From assembly GCA_051362555.1 (NCBI GenBank), contig CM120645.1, positions 14,136,001 through 14,200,000 on the forward strand: a stretch of DNA of 64,000 nucleotides. Direction: 5' to 3'. Shown one piece after another: positions 24,101 through 37,899 of the stretch. Every line of letters begins with the position of its first letter. Positions within the stretch are counted from its first letter, which is position 1. The notes beneath the pieces were generated by a model. It searched no databases. It had not been told where the DNA came from and worked only from the letters and a program-made list of their open reading frames with translations. Made by a program: the position numbers and the translations under genes. The stretch comes from Lingula anatina (Eukaryota; Animalia; Brachiopoda).

Positions 24101-27100
24101 GTACATAATGATGTGATAGAGTAGAAACATGACACCACAACTATGTGTTATATACTGCATTAAAATGTCAAATTATGTAAACCTACTTTACATCCTATCA
24201 CTAAGTAGTTACCCACAAAAAGTCCAAGTGGATGTCAGATCAGCAGATTAGAGAATTCGAGAGCCCTATTTTTACACACATGCACACACTCACACATGTA
24301 TGTGTATATGCATGACTGCACATCATAAGCAATAAGAAGCATACAGAGCTTCAACTTTTCAAAACTCCCAAAGATGTACTTAGAAACTTTATATTCAACA
24401 CTTTATACTTTTTTTTCTATCATCAGGTATTTGGTGCAAGGGAAATAATTTGTACAATAATATTTACAATATTTACATAAATATAAGTAACCAACATGTA
24501 ATTCAGATCTGTTATTAGTTTCATGGTTATCCATAATTATGTTCTAAATGGATTTTACCTAATTTTTTTCCTTTTTATAAAAAATCTTCATTGGTTTAGC
24601 ATATAAAGTGTAATATGAAATCCTATATCTCAATCTGATTTAAAGCCAACATTTTCCACAAGCTCTCCAAATCATCAGCACATAACATCAGAAGCCTGCC
24701 ACCTCACAAAACCCTGGTATATTTTTTTTCTTTTAATCTGGACCACATTTGTGTCTTCAGAAATGAATCTGTTTATTTTCCAGTAATGACTTTCAGATGT
24801 GCCCCAGTGTGGGAAAAGTCCTCCTATTTTGCTATGGAGACTCTTTCAAAGGATATTAAAGTGAAAAGGCGCATACAGTTTTTGCCCCCATACATCATTT
24901 TCTCCCAATCGAGCCACCTATTAAGTTTTACTGCAGCATCTGTGGAGATCACACCAACCGAATTCAACACCTAATGCAAAATGTCCTACGGTTAAGCTCA
25001 GAAAAAGGTATTCCAAAAGCTAGTAACTTGTTCATATTGATGCAAACTTGTGCGAAAATGAGATTTTCTCATTTTTTCAACTTTCCCCCCCCCAACTGAG
25101 ACACAGACTTACTGTTTTTAGTTTTTTGAATAACTTATGAAAGCTGTAGTTTGATATAATCTTATTTAATGCTGAAGATAGACATCAAAAATATGTACTT
25201 TTATAAAGTGAAAACATACAAAAGATGATATTATCTTAGACATCCAACCTATTATCTAAGAAAATAATGTTCCACAGTTTGTCAAGACAGTTTTGATTAA
25301 GTGTCCATGAAAAAGATGTGATCACTTCCTGATGAATCATGGAAACTGGTCACCTGACTAAATTTCTCTCAGCCTTGGTATGACTTTGCATATCCCTGAA
25401 AGTATCACCACTCTGACAAAGACCAAAATCTGAAAATCTGTATGTAAACTGCAACTGAATGACTGAGATTGAGGACAGAGGTTCTTCTAAGCTTAATCAT
25501 TTTCAATTTCCAAACTTTCATTTCAGTCATATATTATTATTAATTATTATTATTATCATATATACCTATGTATTGCCAGTGTATATCTAATGCAATTTCT
25601 CTTTTCTTAATTTTCTTTGAAAATGGGGGGGGGGGGGGGGGGGGGGGGAGGGGGGGGGGACAGCAATACTAGTAAACACATATACAGGTGCACATACACA
25701 ATCTTCCATGTACACTACACTGTAATGACACAAGTAAAAACCCATTATTGTAGAAAAGGTCTTTTACCACTGCTTTCACAAAAAATAGGGGGTGAGACTA
25801 TAAAACAGATCATCCACAGCACCTCCCCCCCTCCCCCCCTAAAAAAACTATCCCAAGCATAACAATAAAATAAAGGACAATTTTTTACAATCAGGGAAGA
25901 AATACGCTTTCAGCATAAAAGTGGTATGTGATTTTCCAAGAGAATGTTTTATCCTCCTCCTGGTGTCCACAACAGGTGTCTGCATTTCTTCAAGAACTCT
26001 TGGAAAGATCTGTTAAGGAATCCTAAATTTAGATCTGCCCATTTTTTCAAAACCTGTTCCTCTCCACTACCTCCTACGAAGGAAATTTTCAGAATATTTG
26101 GAGTTACTGCATCGTATTTTTCTTCCTGAGTTTTAGCAGTAATTTAAAGCAATAAAAATAGGTACAGTTAACAACCAAATTTTGTCCATGAGTTTGTAAA
26201 AAAATACTAAAACGCTTATTCAAATATTAAACCAGAAGTTTTATCTTGCAAGGGCAGCTCCCTTTCTTCCATTTTTGACCAGTTTGTCTTTTTGTTTGAA
26301 TGCATGCATGGCATGCCCCTCAATAAAGTTGCGAAGAAAAGAAAAACTGGAACTTTGAAAGACAAACATTGAATATTACTCGAGAACACTGTCCTTCCTA
26401 AAAAAAGCTCCACCAAAGGTAGAACTTCTAGAAGCTTATCACACAGGTAGGAGAGAAATTTTTTGGATATTTTTCTTCCCATGCCAACGGCTAGCTGAGC
26501 CGTAAAACTTATCAGGTGGTCTTCTAACATTACCTGCCTGTTAAACCTGATAGCAAAATAAATTGTTTACCTTTCCGTCAATACTGACATTAATATGTTG
26601 TGGGTCTTTGAGATTATTCTTAATAAACTACACTCGACCCGGAATGCGTTTATCTCTCCCTCTGTTGGTATCGGGGAAGGATTTAGAATCGTAAAGTGGG
26701 CTAACAAAATAATCAAGCAGGTAGAGTATTGTGCTAAGGAATATAATACTGAAGCGAGAATTTAATTGCAGGCAAACAGCTGCAGTGTATATTGGATTAG
26801 ACCGACTGCCAAGTCCTGCTTCCACCCTGAGTTTCAAAGTTAAAAAACTATGTCTCAAACTGAGTTTCCTTTACAGCATTCTATGACTGAGGAACCAAGG
26901 TCACTGGTAAAACTAAGAAACCCAGGGCAATGCCTCACCCTTTCTTGAGTAAAAACTATGGAATGTTTGGTCTCTATTCATGGGTGCAGGTATGTTTATT
27001 TGCGACTGCGTGCCTCTCTAAGTTCAAGCTGAAATCGAAGACTTTCCCCTAGGGTTGGTGTTGTTCTTGAATGTAAAAGTTCAGTTTATTGTCCAGGGTT

Positions 27101-28566
27101 TAAATTTGGATCCAGGCTAGCCTGTGAAATACAAGCGACCCTGGAGAGACTGTCATATTTTAGAAATTCTCCCTTGCCTTTTTGCCATATAAGTTCTCCC
27201 TTTCTCTCTCCCTCTCTCTCCTATAATTTGAATATGGACATTCAACATGTCACTTTATGAAAAGTAAATGATTTCAACATAAATTTAAACAGAACACAAA
27301 TGCATTCTCAAACTCAGGCAGTTTTAATTTGTTGTAAAACTTGGGTAGTCAACATTAGCTAGTATTCTAAAATGTCCAGGCTCTTATGCCTTTTTAGCAG
27401 TGACTTCTTCCACCGGTTTAATAATACCTGGATATCTCAATGCTCTGCAATCTCTGAAGAAGCCTGACAGACAAGAAACGGGCCAAAAGTTCAAGCTATC
27501 ACAAACCTCTTGTTTTGACAGGAGTAAGCAAACATCTGTGATCTTTGGTGTTCGTGCCATGCAACTAGTTTTTTTCTTCAAATAACAAGGCAGCGTAGTG
27601 CACAAACCCCTTATTTCATATTAAGTTACATGTAAGGAATGCAAACATGGACGTTTGTATATGTGTAAATCTGATGAAAAAACTGCTGGCACATAAACTC
27701 TCTTATTTTACTAACTACATCTGTAGTATGAAAATGTAGACAAAATGTGCAAAGGAATATAGACATGCGGGTTCCATGGTTAACACAAATGACAGGCATA
27801 TCACAGTCAATGTTTGTGAGAAGAGCTGTTCCAAGACACCTTTCTACTCAAGTCGGGACAGTGTGATGAAAGCTTTTTTAACATCTGAAGCTAATCGACC
27901 GCCTTCAGCTTCAAACATCGTATCGGCTTGATCTATCCAACTCTTTTGGGGATTCTTGTTAAAGTGTATTCAGAGAAATCAGAAAAAGAACACTCCCCCC
28001 CCCCCCTCTGAAATTGCTGGCTATGGGCCGGCTGTCTGTGATTACAAATCCTTCCCACAGTCTGCTTTGATATCAAGCTTTAATAAAGCTGACATAAATT
28101 AACTAACAATGTATCCTATGTTGGTGATTTGTTTGTACAATGCCATGAAATACATCAATATGTACAAATATAATGATATTGGTTAAAAATATGATTTAAG
28201 AAGAAAAGAAGTCAACAACAATGTGTGCAGCAGAAGGTATTGCTTAAAAAGAAAAAAATTAAAAAGAGAAGGGAAAAAAGAAAGTCATGCCAGGACAAGG
28301 TCCCCTGAGGAAAGTTATTGGACATGTCCTGTAGGCTGCTGCTGTGATAATTAGTATTTAACCATGTCTCCTGCTATATTAGTACACTGTTCTCCTTGTA
28401 CCTTACACCTAAATGCATAAACTGACTGATTTCATGTGAGTTCAAGTTGAATACAGGCAGGCTGTGTCCTTGTGGACAATGTGCTACTGGGGAATGTGGG
28501 CTACAATGGAGAAGAGTACGACTTAAGAGTTCTGCATTCTGAGTTTTACAAAAGGAGTTTGCTGTA

Positions 28567-28604
<38 letters not shown>

Positions 28605-31600
28605 GCGTGCACATCATGTAGGTGCACATGTGCATGCAAGTATGTTACATACACTAAAATGGGAATAATTTCTGTCCGGCACACTCAATACTGAAATGCC
28701 ACTAAAGAGTTCTGCTTCTTCAATTTCATCAAAGTACTTTGTTCTAAGAGTGTGCATGTCTCTCCATAAATCTGCTTGCTTTTCTAAATATGTCGAAAAT
28801 TCAATATGAATTTATAAGGCTGTTTTATTTGGTGAGTTCCACATGCTTAAATGAGCATAAGTTAAAAGATTTTTCAACCTTGTCAAAATGGGGTTATATA
28901 TATATTTACATGTTGTGCTTTTAATATCATTTATTTCAGCCATTTACAAGTTCACAAGTTAGTACGATAAGTCAATTTGAAATAAACATCTATATGTGAA
29001 GATGGGCCAGCAGACTCTCTTCAAACAGGCAGCTGAAATTTGGAAGAGGCAGTAAAAAACCTATGAAAAACTAGGCCCAGCCAACTCAGTCACTTTAACT
29101 TGGCAAAGCGCAGACAAATTAGCTCACTGCCACTGGGGTGCAATGAGCTTCAAGTTACACATTAAATTGAGCATCTTGGAGACATATTTTCACAGCCAAG
29201 CCTTTCATTTTTATTAGACAAGCAAATCATCCAGTAGCCAGTCACAATTTTTAAAAGCGGATCTTAAAACAGCTGGATCCTCCTGAAATCCTTAAATGAA
29301 AGAGGAAAAAAAATTATCAAATCCCCTACCCTCCCATGGATTTGAAAGAAAGTTGGAGTCAAGAAGCATTTTCCAGTTCAGTAGTTTTTGTGTAAGTCTC
29401 AGAGGAAATGAGAGCAATTTCCTTCAAGCTTCAGAAATCTGGTCACAGCCGTGAACAATATTAAGAAAGAACCAAGACATTCAACTGCACTTTTTGCAGA
29501 GGCAAAGTACAAAAATTGTGACATTTCAGTCAACTGAAGTCACTAATCTTTCAACTGTTGATCTTTTCTTTAAAGGATTTGTATATAGTTTATATTCTGT
29601 CGAGACATATCTTTCAGTCATCTCATGTAAGTTTTCCATCAGACAACAATAGTGTTTGCAAATATTCACCAAATTCCCAACTTGGTGTTAGTCTAAATTA
29701 AATTTAAAACCTAAAAAAATTGTTTCCAAAAGGACAAAAATAAGGCCAAAACACTAAGTGACCCAAAGTTGCACTTTCCCCATACATGGCCTTGTGCAAG
29801 GCATACCATGCTACTGAAGAAAGGTTAAATGGGGAAAAAAATCAAGCTTATTACAAACAAATGTGGACCTTCTTTCAGTCACCATCCATCAAAAGCAGGG
29901 TTGCCTGCTGCCCTTAGGATTCATGAGTCCAGAATACAGGTCACATTGTAACTGGTGTGCCCTTCTCTGAACTGACAAACCATTTTAGCTAAACATCCAA
30001 AGAAAAGATTGGAACCCTGTATAACTTATGAAAAATTATCAACACACTGAAGATTTTTCTTCAGAATTTTTCTTCTGCATTACCCTTTTAATTATAACTT
30101 CAATAATGGGATTCACAATCTATGCATTGCATACTGCATTGCATACAACATAACTGTGGTTAACCTTGTATAATACTTTTCTTTATGATGCAGTAAAATT
30201 AAAGCAATAAAATAAAAGGTACTTAAGCATGTAGACAAGTAAATTGTATAAGCTGGCACACAATGGTTTAATCTGTAAGTTTATTTCTTTCTAAATTCAG
30301 TGTGATGCCAAGGTAGTAGTCAAGTGCCTTTCTACTTCATACCCATACAAAGAATCTAAAAGGCCATGTTTTTTCTTTCCTTTTTTTTTCAAAGTTGCAC
30401 TAAGCCTTTCATGGGAAATCATTATAAGAGAAAGACATTACGTCAAACCTACACACAAGTACATGCGAATCACATGTTAAATCTCCATGATCCATTACTA
30501 TTTAAATAGATTTTTTTTTACCTAATAAATGACGATGTGTCATTTGCTCAGCATTTCATTTAAAAACTTTCAGAACAAGTACAGCAGCTGTAAGGAACAA
30601 ATAACTATCAATCTTCAATGGCAGGAACTCAAAGGTTGACAATGGGTCTTAAAGTGTGGATTTATGAGCATTTATTCTCCTCTTTTGTCACATTTAATGT
30701 GGTAAACTGCAACAGTTATCTGCCTCCGCTACCGACCCAGCTTCCTTTCTGTTGCCAACGGCAGACCCGGAGTTTCAGAGTTTACGAAAAAATTTTTGGT
30801 TACATGTCATTCGTTTGATCGTGAATTATGAAGACTACTGAAAAAAAAATGAGTAAAAGCTAATAACACTCTTGAGTAAACTAGGGCACTTAATTTCCAC
30901 GTCCATTCTTTACTGTTAAGACTTGATCATAAAATTAAGCCCATAAAATCTGTGCAAGTTAAAATTTGTCTTGACTAAACCGCTGCATGCACTTTTTCTT
31001 TGTCCAAATCTCTGAATCTGTAATTCTGAAGTCATCATGAGCAATCTTTTACATATGGTGCTTTTCTGAATCATAATTATGTCAATTATGTGACTCTGAA
31101 AAGAACAATCTCCAAAATTAAAACTAAACATAAAATTGACATCTCTGATACCTTAAACTTCACTGTATGTATTCTTTTCATGAAAATGTTGATCAGTCAG
31201 GTTTTTTTTCTGGTTATAAATCATGTTGGAATCAGAAAGCCATTTGTTCTTAGGAAGCATGCAATCTAAGTGGCAGTGCTTTTCAGAAAACACCCTATTG
31301 TATTTCAGTAGGTAAGAAAACCAAAATAAGTCTTCTTCAGTATATCTCAAATACTGGTCAAATTTGAACTGACACATCATTTGTTTGGAAAACCAGTCAT
31401 GGTTTCAGAAGAAATTACATAAAGTGAGGATATGGCTACTTTCCCTGCTTACTAAGCAGAGTGCTGGTATTCCAACCAAACACACAGCCATCCCTTCTTG
31501 TTTCAACAAAACATGGGGTCCAATTGCCTGTGAAATTGTTCAATCTCTGTGGACAACTAGCTCAGATGACCAAAACATAGCTATATTTCCAGAATTGACA

Positions 31601-34600
31601 CCTCTGATGACGGGTATTTAATTGTAATTGATCTCAAAGTTTAGACTAGAAGCTTGTTTTAGTTTTATTAAAACAAGACCACTTCCTTTCATTCCATTAA
31701 CTCAGAGAGCCAGTGATGTAATACCTGAAGTAGTTGCCTTCTGATAAAGTGAGGAGCCACTTAAAGATAACAGCTTGAGGGCTTGTCTAGAAGACGTCTT
31801 AACTTGAGTGTGTCTCTCTCAACTCACACAGTTGACATCTTTAACATAAAGAAGCAGGTTTTGGGCTAACTTTATCTTTCTTTGCATTTATTCATTAACT
31901 GATATTTGAAAGAAGAATACTTACAAACATCTTTTAATTGTACAGAGATAAACAAACATCACTTTTACATGATTTTTTTTTATGCAGTTAAAAGAAATAT
32001 CTGACTCAAGGGTGCATATATCATTTTTCTTGTTTAAAATATATTTTCACTTTTCCACTACCTTGTACTATTATAAAAGAAAATAGCTCCTGCAAATTCC
32101 ATCCCTGGGAGTTAATTATAACCTTTATAAAAAGTACAAAATATTTGAGTCACAGCAAGTCAGCATCAAGGCATTCAAGATAATAACAAAATATCAGAAA
32201 TGCCAGCTATTTAATACACTCAAAAGCCCAGCAGATCAACCACCCTAAATCTATTCAGTTTTGACAAGAATTTCATGCACAATTTAATTGAAAATGACAG
32301 GTGAAACCAGCATAAACAACTGCCTACTGCCAATCTCTGGTGGCCAAATACTCCTATCAGCTGCTTCAGTTGTAGCTGGCGAATGTCCTACTAGTATGTG
32401 GTTTCACCTTATCTTCCTAGAACCCCTTTCTCTCTCTCTTTCGCTCTCTCTCTGTCTTTCTCTTTTGCGAGAAAACTATTAGGTGCCAAGCACAAGTTTT
32501 TTTCAATCCAGGATACAAATGCCTCTAGAGGACTAGATTTGAACCAAACACACTACGACTTGCTATATAATGTATGCTCACATAGACAAAAACAGTTTTT
32601 TAGAGGAATGAAGACTACTGCATTCAAATATTGCAAATTATGACAAAAGTATTGGAAATAAAGACTGTAAAAAAATAATTTTTTGAGGGGGGGGGGGGGG
32701 CTGGAAAACAAGTAGGAAGAACTTACCTTGGGACCTGCCATAATGTACAAATTCTTCCTCTCTGGGTCGAACTCCATGTCTTTCTCTATTGCGATCCCTG
32801 CATCTTCACTCAGCGACACATTCATGTATGGTTTCACATTTTCTGTGCCATTAAGAATTGCCTACAATATAATTAAAGAAACAACTTATGTCTTATAACA
32901 AATGTTAAATGTAGACATTAAGACATATGACAAAGAATCATTTAAAAGATATGCCTCCAAAAAATGATAAAATGGAGACAACTTTGACAATGTAACCAGT
33001 TAGAGTTACCGATGTTGTTGATTGTTTTACATCAGGTAATATATTTGTCACTTGACAAAGAACACTAACAGTTTCAAATGTAAACAAGAGGCAGAGTAGT
33101 CGGTGGTGTAAATTTTTGACAAAAAAAATTGACAGTTACAGAGAAAAACTGCCTTAGACAAAGCACATCTTCCAATTTCACGAAATGGGGTGGTGATACT
33201 GTGTCCAGTTCTAGTTCATCTCCACACCAAACAAACAGAGTAAATATTTGACTTGTGATTGATACTACAAATTTGCAAAGTAAATACGGCATAGTAGCTG
33301 GCACTAAAAGCTGTACTTTTATGGCTTTTTAGGCTGTGACATCTGCCTGTGTGTCATTCTCAACAGAATGGAATCTTTCAGTGGAATTTCACACAGTACT
33401 GAACATATTTCCAGAGAAATCAAAACAGTCCAAGTAGGTAATAGACATGATCCAAATATTTAACAAAATGTATTACTATTTCACTTAAATAAATAAAATA
33501 ATCAGCAGTAAAACAATTTTACTTTTACAGTAAAAAGCTAATACAGTAAGTAGTTTCATAGCAAAAAGTAAATATTATCCTGAGACCAAAGAGAAGTTTA
33601 TCCCCTTTAATTCAAATCATACCTTCATAATGCGTCCATCATTGGTCCCAATGATTGCTACTGTGTGAGTCTGGTAAGTGGTGATGGCCACTGCAGTAAG
33701 TACAGTGTTGGAAATTTTAAATAATATTTCTCCATATATGGGTTCCGATCCCTGAATGGCCACATTGTCTTGTTTTCCGCAAAAATGGTCGTTCACAGTC
33801 ACCAAGTCTGATCTCTGTAAGAAGAATTTAAACAGGTCTTGTAAATATTTAAAAGGAATTAATAATTATTAAAAATTTCAAATGACAGCAAACTACGCCT
33901 CATATCTAATATTTTAAAAAATCTTTTTATTCAACTTTTTTTCTTCATTTTTAGATATTCATATTTTTTTTTCAAATAAGCTTTTTTTTTTCAATAGTAA
34001 ATTGCCTAGTAAAAATATGTATTGGAAAGAATTACTATTACCACTTACACACTATGGGAATGCAGAGGGCAAAAATAATTTTTGCTGCACATTTGTTCAC
34101 AAATCATGTTTGAAATACACTTCTAAACTAATCTTATACAAATATGATCAATTCAAGAATTTGAAAACTAAATAACATTAATCTAAATAGTTGTGTGGGA
34201 AAGTATAGATAAGAAGAAGAGATATTATAAGCATACTCTTTCACATACACACTACATTTTTCATGTTCCACTTGACAAAAATATTTATTATAAAAAAATC
34301 AGTTTATTCATAAGTAACAATAAATTTACAGGAACCTGCTTACTGACACGGAAAACCAAAAACCCCAAATTTAACCTTCCTTAATGAAAAATTTAAAGAA
34401 ATAAGTGGGAAAGGGGGAAATCCTGGTGTAGAGTAACAGGACCTTATGTCTAACCACAGCTTTTCCTCATTTTGAACAGAGGCCCTGGGGTAATTTTTGC
34501 CACATTGCAAAATTAAGTCTATAGTAGAGTACCAGTAAATAATTTTGCAATGCTTTTAAGCTTAATTTAACCCATAAGCTTTGTCCAAACTTGGTGCATT

Positions 34601-37028
34601 CTAGGATAATTTCATCATACACAACAAAAAAAAATAAGACTAATAGCCAAGATTCAATGACGACTGAAATGTCTTCATCCACATTACAATAACATAATAA
34701 CAAAGCGGAAAAGTTTTTCTCAGATTTCATCACAGTTATTAAGGATATGTCTCTTGACACACTAAGATTCATGACTGCGCAAGTTCACTTCTCAGTTATG
34801 AATACCTAAACAATTATAATAACCAGACACACATTTGATAATAAATTATAAATATTAATCATACATGCATTTTAAATAATAAAAAAAAAACTAAAGCTGT
34901 TTGTAGTCAAACTGCATAGAAGACTTCACTGAAAACCAAATCACATTCATTATATATAATACATACAGGTACATGTGACCTATAGACACCTGTGGTGCGA
35001 TATTTGATATTGTTACAATAGGTGAGATATGTGAAGGATAGGCCAGTCTTTTGTCATGTAACACAGAACAGTACAGAAAGACCAAGAATAATTCACTTGC
35101 AACTAACTGAACAACAGAATATCATCAGCAACTGCCTCAGGACATCCATTGATCATAACCCAAATAATGTTGTTAAGATACTCATTTTTCTAGTTCAGTT
35201 GTTATAAGTCTTTTATTGCACAAGTGAATGAGATTCTGTTTTATTTTCTGCAAGTTTACTAGAAGGACATGGTAACATCTCACAGATCTAAGTTTTTTTT
35301 TTTTTTTCATTTCAAGAAATTAATACAACTGCAACTCAGTTTCTTAATTAATCAAAGCCAATTACCCACAATCTTATTGAGCATCAATCTATAAATAACA
35401 TTTGAATTAACAAGAGCTATCATTGCATATCTAGTATATTAAAACAATCCAAGTTACAATTATAAACACACATTTACACACAAGCACACACACAAACACA
35501 AAATACGCACAGAGAAATGGAATATATATTTTCAGCATAAGCAAAAAAGTCTGTATAAAAGTGACAAAAGACACTGGAAGCCTGATACAACATTGTAAAA
35601 TCGCTCTAGACTGAAAAGTGTTATCTGATGTCTTCAGAAAATAAATAGTACGTTATTAGTCAATGGTTATTTCATACCTAACACATCTGTAAAATTTCTC
35701 CAATTTGTAACTGACAGCGTAACTTAACTGCAAATCATCTGCCTACTAGTACATGGAGAAAAGGTGCATTGTACACCAGACATGAAAATATCGCACTTTA
35801 TTTTATATTCACTATCAAAATTATACCGAATTCTAATGAAGAGTAGTTCTGTCAACCTTACCTCACAACTTGACGCTGTAGGAATGAACCACTTCATAAT
35901 GCTGGCATCTTCTTGTCTTCCCTCGTAACAGTCTCGTTGAGTCTGCGTAAACCCCATCATGACATCGGCCATTTTAAACACGCACACAGCCGAACCTGAC
36001 ATGGGATCTGGAGACGCGCTGCCCGGATGACTCTTCCCAAAAGTCACAAATAAAACTTTCTCGTTTGCCTCAAATTGTATATAGGCTGAGCTACCCAAGT
36101 CTGATCCAGCCACTCCAAAGTAGGCTGCCGTGGCAATGTTGTAAGGTTCGATATACCCACATTCCAAGGGCATCTCAGTGTAGGAATAATACCCCAGATC
36201 ATTTTGACATACCCTTGCTAGCCTAGTGTTATATTTGTGCTTATTTAGCCCTTCTGGTTGAACGATGAGAAAATACGTAAATCCTTGGTCCTCAAAGTTG
36301 TAAATATATTTCACTCGGAAAGTACTTTTGTATTCACTGGCAATATCAATGGCTGAAAAGACATTGTACTCGGCATGCTCATAAAGATATTTCATATCGT
36401 ATGATTCTTTTTCTGCTCTCAGACATCTTGTGGAGATTGACTTGGGGAGGAATTCGGAAGGTCTGTCATCGTAAGACACACCAGTGTACACAACACTCCC
36501 TTCACAGTAGTGGGAAAAATTTGTCGGGCGGCTCCCGAAAAAAGCAATAGCGCTCTTCTTGCCCCCTACATAATTCAGCGTCGAGTTCCCTCTGAGGAGC
36601 GATCGCTGTGAAATGTTCTTCAACGAACCGACCGCACACAATCCTTGGTGTGTGCTGCCACAATACAGAAGGACTTTATTGACAGGATCAATCTCCAAAA
36701 TCTTATTATAATTATCCACCACATTTTTTCTGAAATTGCAACTTGCAGAAGGTGAACACAAGACATTGTCCAACACGGGACCCGTGGTGATATTGTGCAG
36801 CAGTCTCAAATCTTTATCCAGTTGATACACTTGGTTTTTACCACCAACGAAGACGTGGCCATTTTCCTGATTAACAGCAACTTGCGTTAGATGGTCATAT
36901 TTTGTTCTCTCCACAATACTGGGATTGTAGGTAGGGAAAGGCATAGAGACATATCCAAAAGTGCTTTGTATGCCAGTGACAAATACTGCAAAAAATACTG
37001 TCCTCACTTTCAGGAATGCAAAACCCAT
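5980..37028 (-). CDS. MET: Hepatocyte growth factor receptor-like tyrosine kinase (MET/RON family): signal peptide, Sema, PSI, 4x IPT, TM, kinase; 1391 aa
   Basis: 19 phase-consistent exons: 37028-35862, 33814-33623, 32861-32727, 15163-14984, 14541-14399, 13913-13775, 12622-12486, 11885-11667, 11244-11145, 10791-10531, 10224-10066, 9711-9441, 9200-9030, 8644-8546, 8239-8055, 7672-7563, 7071-6909, 6485-6349, 6187-5980 (4176 nt). Motifs: [15 protein letters not shown] (Sema), CSECV..CGWC (PSI), [13 protein letters not shown] (IPT), [45 protein letters not shown]. Confidence 0.95.
7220..7530. repeat. Degenerate tandem repeat, about 4 copies of 65-90 bp, in a MET kinase intron
   Basis: Recurring AGTTAGGGAGAAAA..ATGTC..TTTTATAAAATTAAAAAA..TTTTTGCAAA units. 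Confidence 0.75.
7898..7932. repeat. (CA)n microsatellite
   Basis: Read directly. Confidence 0.95.
11438..11634. repeat. 197-bp direct repeat, copy 1
   Basis: AAGTGTTGATTATATGCC...AAAAAAACCAAAA, identical by eye to 12985-13181. Confidence 0.92.
12985..13181. repeat. 197-bp direct repeat, copy 2
   Basis: Identical by eye to 11438-11634. Confidence 0.92.
15217..15259. repeat. (TTA)n microsatellite
   Basis: Read directly. Confidence 0.95.
17392..17554. mobile_element. Degenerate palindromic MITE-like element
   Basis: Left arm CCAAATTAACAACTCAAGACACGAATTAAGTACC..AAATTAGTAG pairs with right arm CTACTAATTT..GGTACTTAATTTGTGGCTTGAGTCATAAATTTGG. Termini and TSD not resolved. Confidence 0.6.
18082..18138. 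repeat. (AG)n microsatellite
   Basis: Read directly. Confidence 0.95.
21215..21376. mobile_element. 162-bp MITE with CAGGCC(C/T)GTAGCCAG terminal inverted repeats (hAT-like termini)
   Basis: Left end CAGGCCTGTAGCCAG, right end CTGGCTACGGGCCTG. Related end fragments near 20790-20819 and 27995-28030. No TSD recognised. Confidence 0.75.
28570..28610. repeat. (GT)n microsatellite
   Basis: Read directly. Confidence 0.9.
35862..37028 (-). CDS. MET: MET first coding exon (signal peptide plus most of the Sema domain, 389 codons)
   Basis: ORF 35724..37028 ends at donor GAG|GTAAGG (35862). Acceptor TTTTTTGTCACAG lies 20 nt upstream of the ATG (exon start 37048). This mirrors the large first coding exon of vertebrate MET. 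Confidence 0.93.
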
Positions 37029-37241
37029 CGTCTTTCTGATGAACTTTTCTGTGACAAAAAATAATGATGTTCTAATCCACAGCTGCAGGTAATATGCCTC
37101 TGTTGCCTCCTAATCCATAGGCACAAAACTGAAATATTCTCTGTAACAATGTCCCATCCAGCTTGAATTTCCTCACTGGACTGACAACAATGTTAGCATG
37201 AGACTTCAATGAGTTCACTGTTATGTACTTACTTCACTTAC

Positions 37242-37522
37242 GATATGGTATTACCAGATTAGTGAACAACAGGCAATAACCTTTATCTAAATGCTTTTCA
37301 ATAATGTCATAAAATGAACTGGAGATTTGTGGCTTCTATTGATCAATGGGTTTGAGCCGACTGTGTCTGACACCTGTTGATTGCATGAATCACTTCCCAG
37401 CACTTGATTCCATTTCACCAATATCCTGATTTCCCAGAAGGTCTTGTTAAGTTCCACATCCTATATCTATTAAGGACAAATCCTGCAGACAAACACGTTT
37501 GTTAAGTAAGTCCTCCTCTTCT
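37242..37522 (-). other. MET: Candidate non-coding 5'-UTR exon of MET
   Basis: Acceptor CCTGTTTTTTCAG before 37522 and tandem GTAAGT donors (exon ends 37242 or 37233). Upstream donors AG|GTGAGT (exon end 37851) and AG|GTAAGT (exon end 37959) mark candidate first exons. Confidence 0.5.
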
Positions 37523-37899
37523 CTGAAAAAACAGGATAAATGCAAAAGTGTTACGCTAAATGGTGATGAGCAAGTTGAGACGAACAACTTTGCTGAGAGC
37601 AATAACTTGTCAAACCTGTGTAAAACGTGAATGACTTTATTCCACGCGGTATGATTCACACCTATTTTTCGTAAATCACCATGATAAACAATGTAAGATT
37701 GATTCGCCCACCTACGCTCTGTGCTCATGGCACTGGCACGTAATTGCATTACAACTTTATCAAAACACAGTAACTTTTTATAAACTTTTTCAAAAGTTTT
37801 ACGCGGCCAGACATTCACTCAGGTAAGAATAAAGTTGTAATTTAACTCACCTCTTGAATAAGTAACTGCCCTATCAAAATTGAAAACCCCCAGAAATTG

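Noticed and set aside
15164-32726. Nested protein-coding gene or missing MET exons in the large intron (ORFs 19640-19945, 20880-21149, 22382-22588, 26216-26530)
   Set aside because: MET reads continuously across the intron (YIMAGPK|ITKFPLESC, phase 0), and these ORFs show no recognisable domains or linked splice sites.
37447-37818. 123-aa minus-strand ORF upstream of MET
   Set aside because: Starts at GTG, spans a predicted intron/UTR-exon boundary and has no recognisable features.
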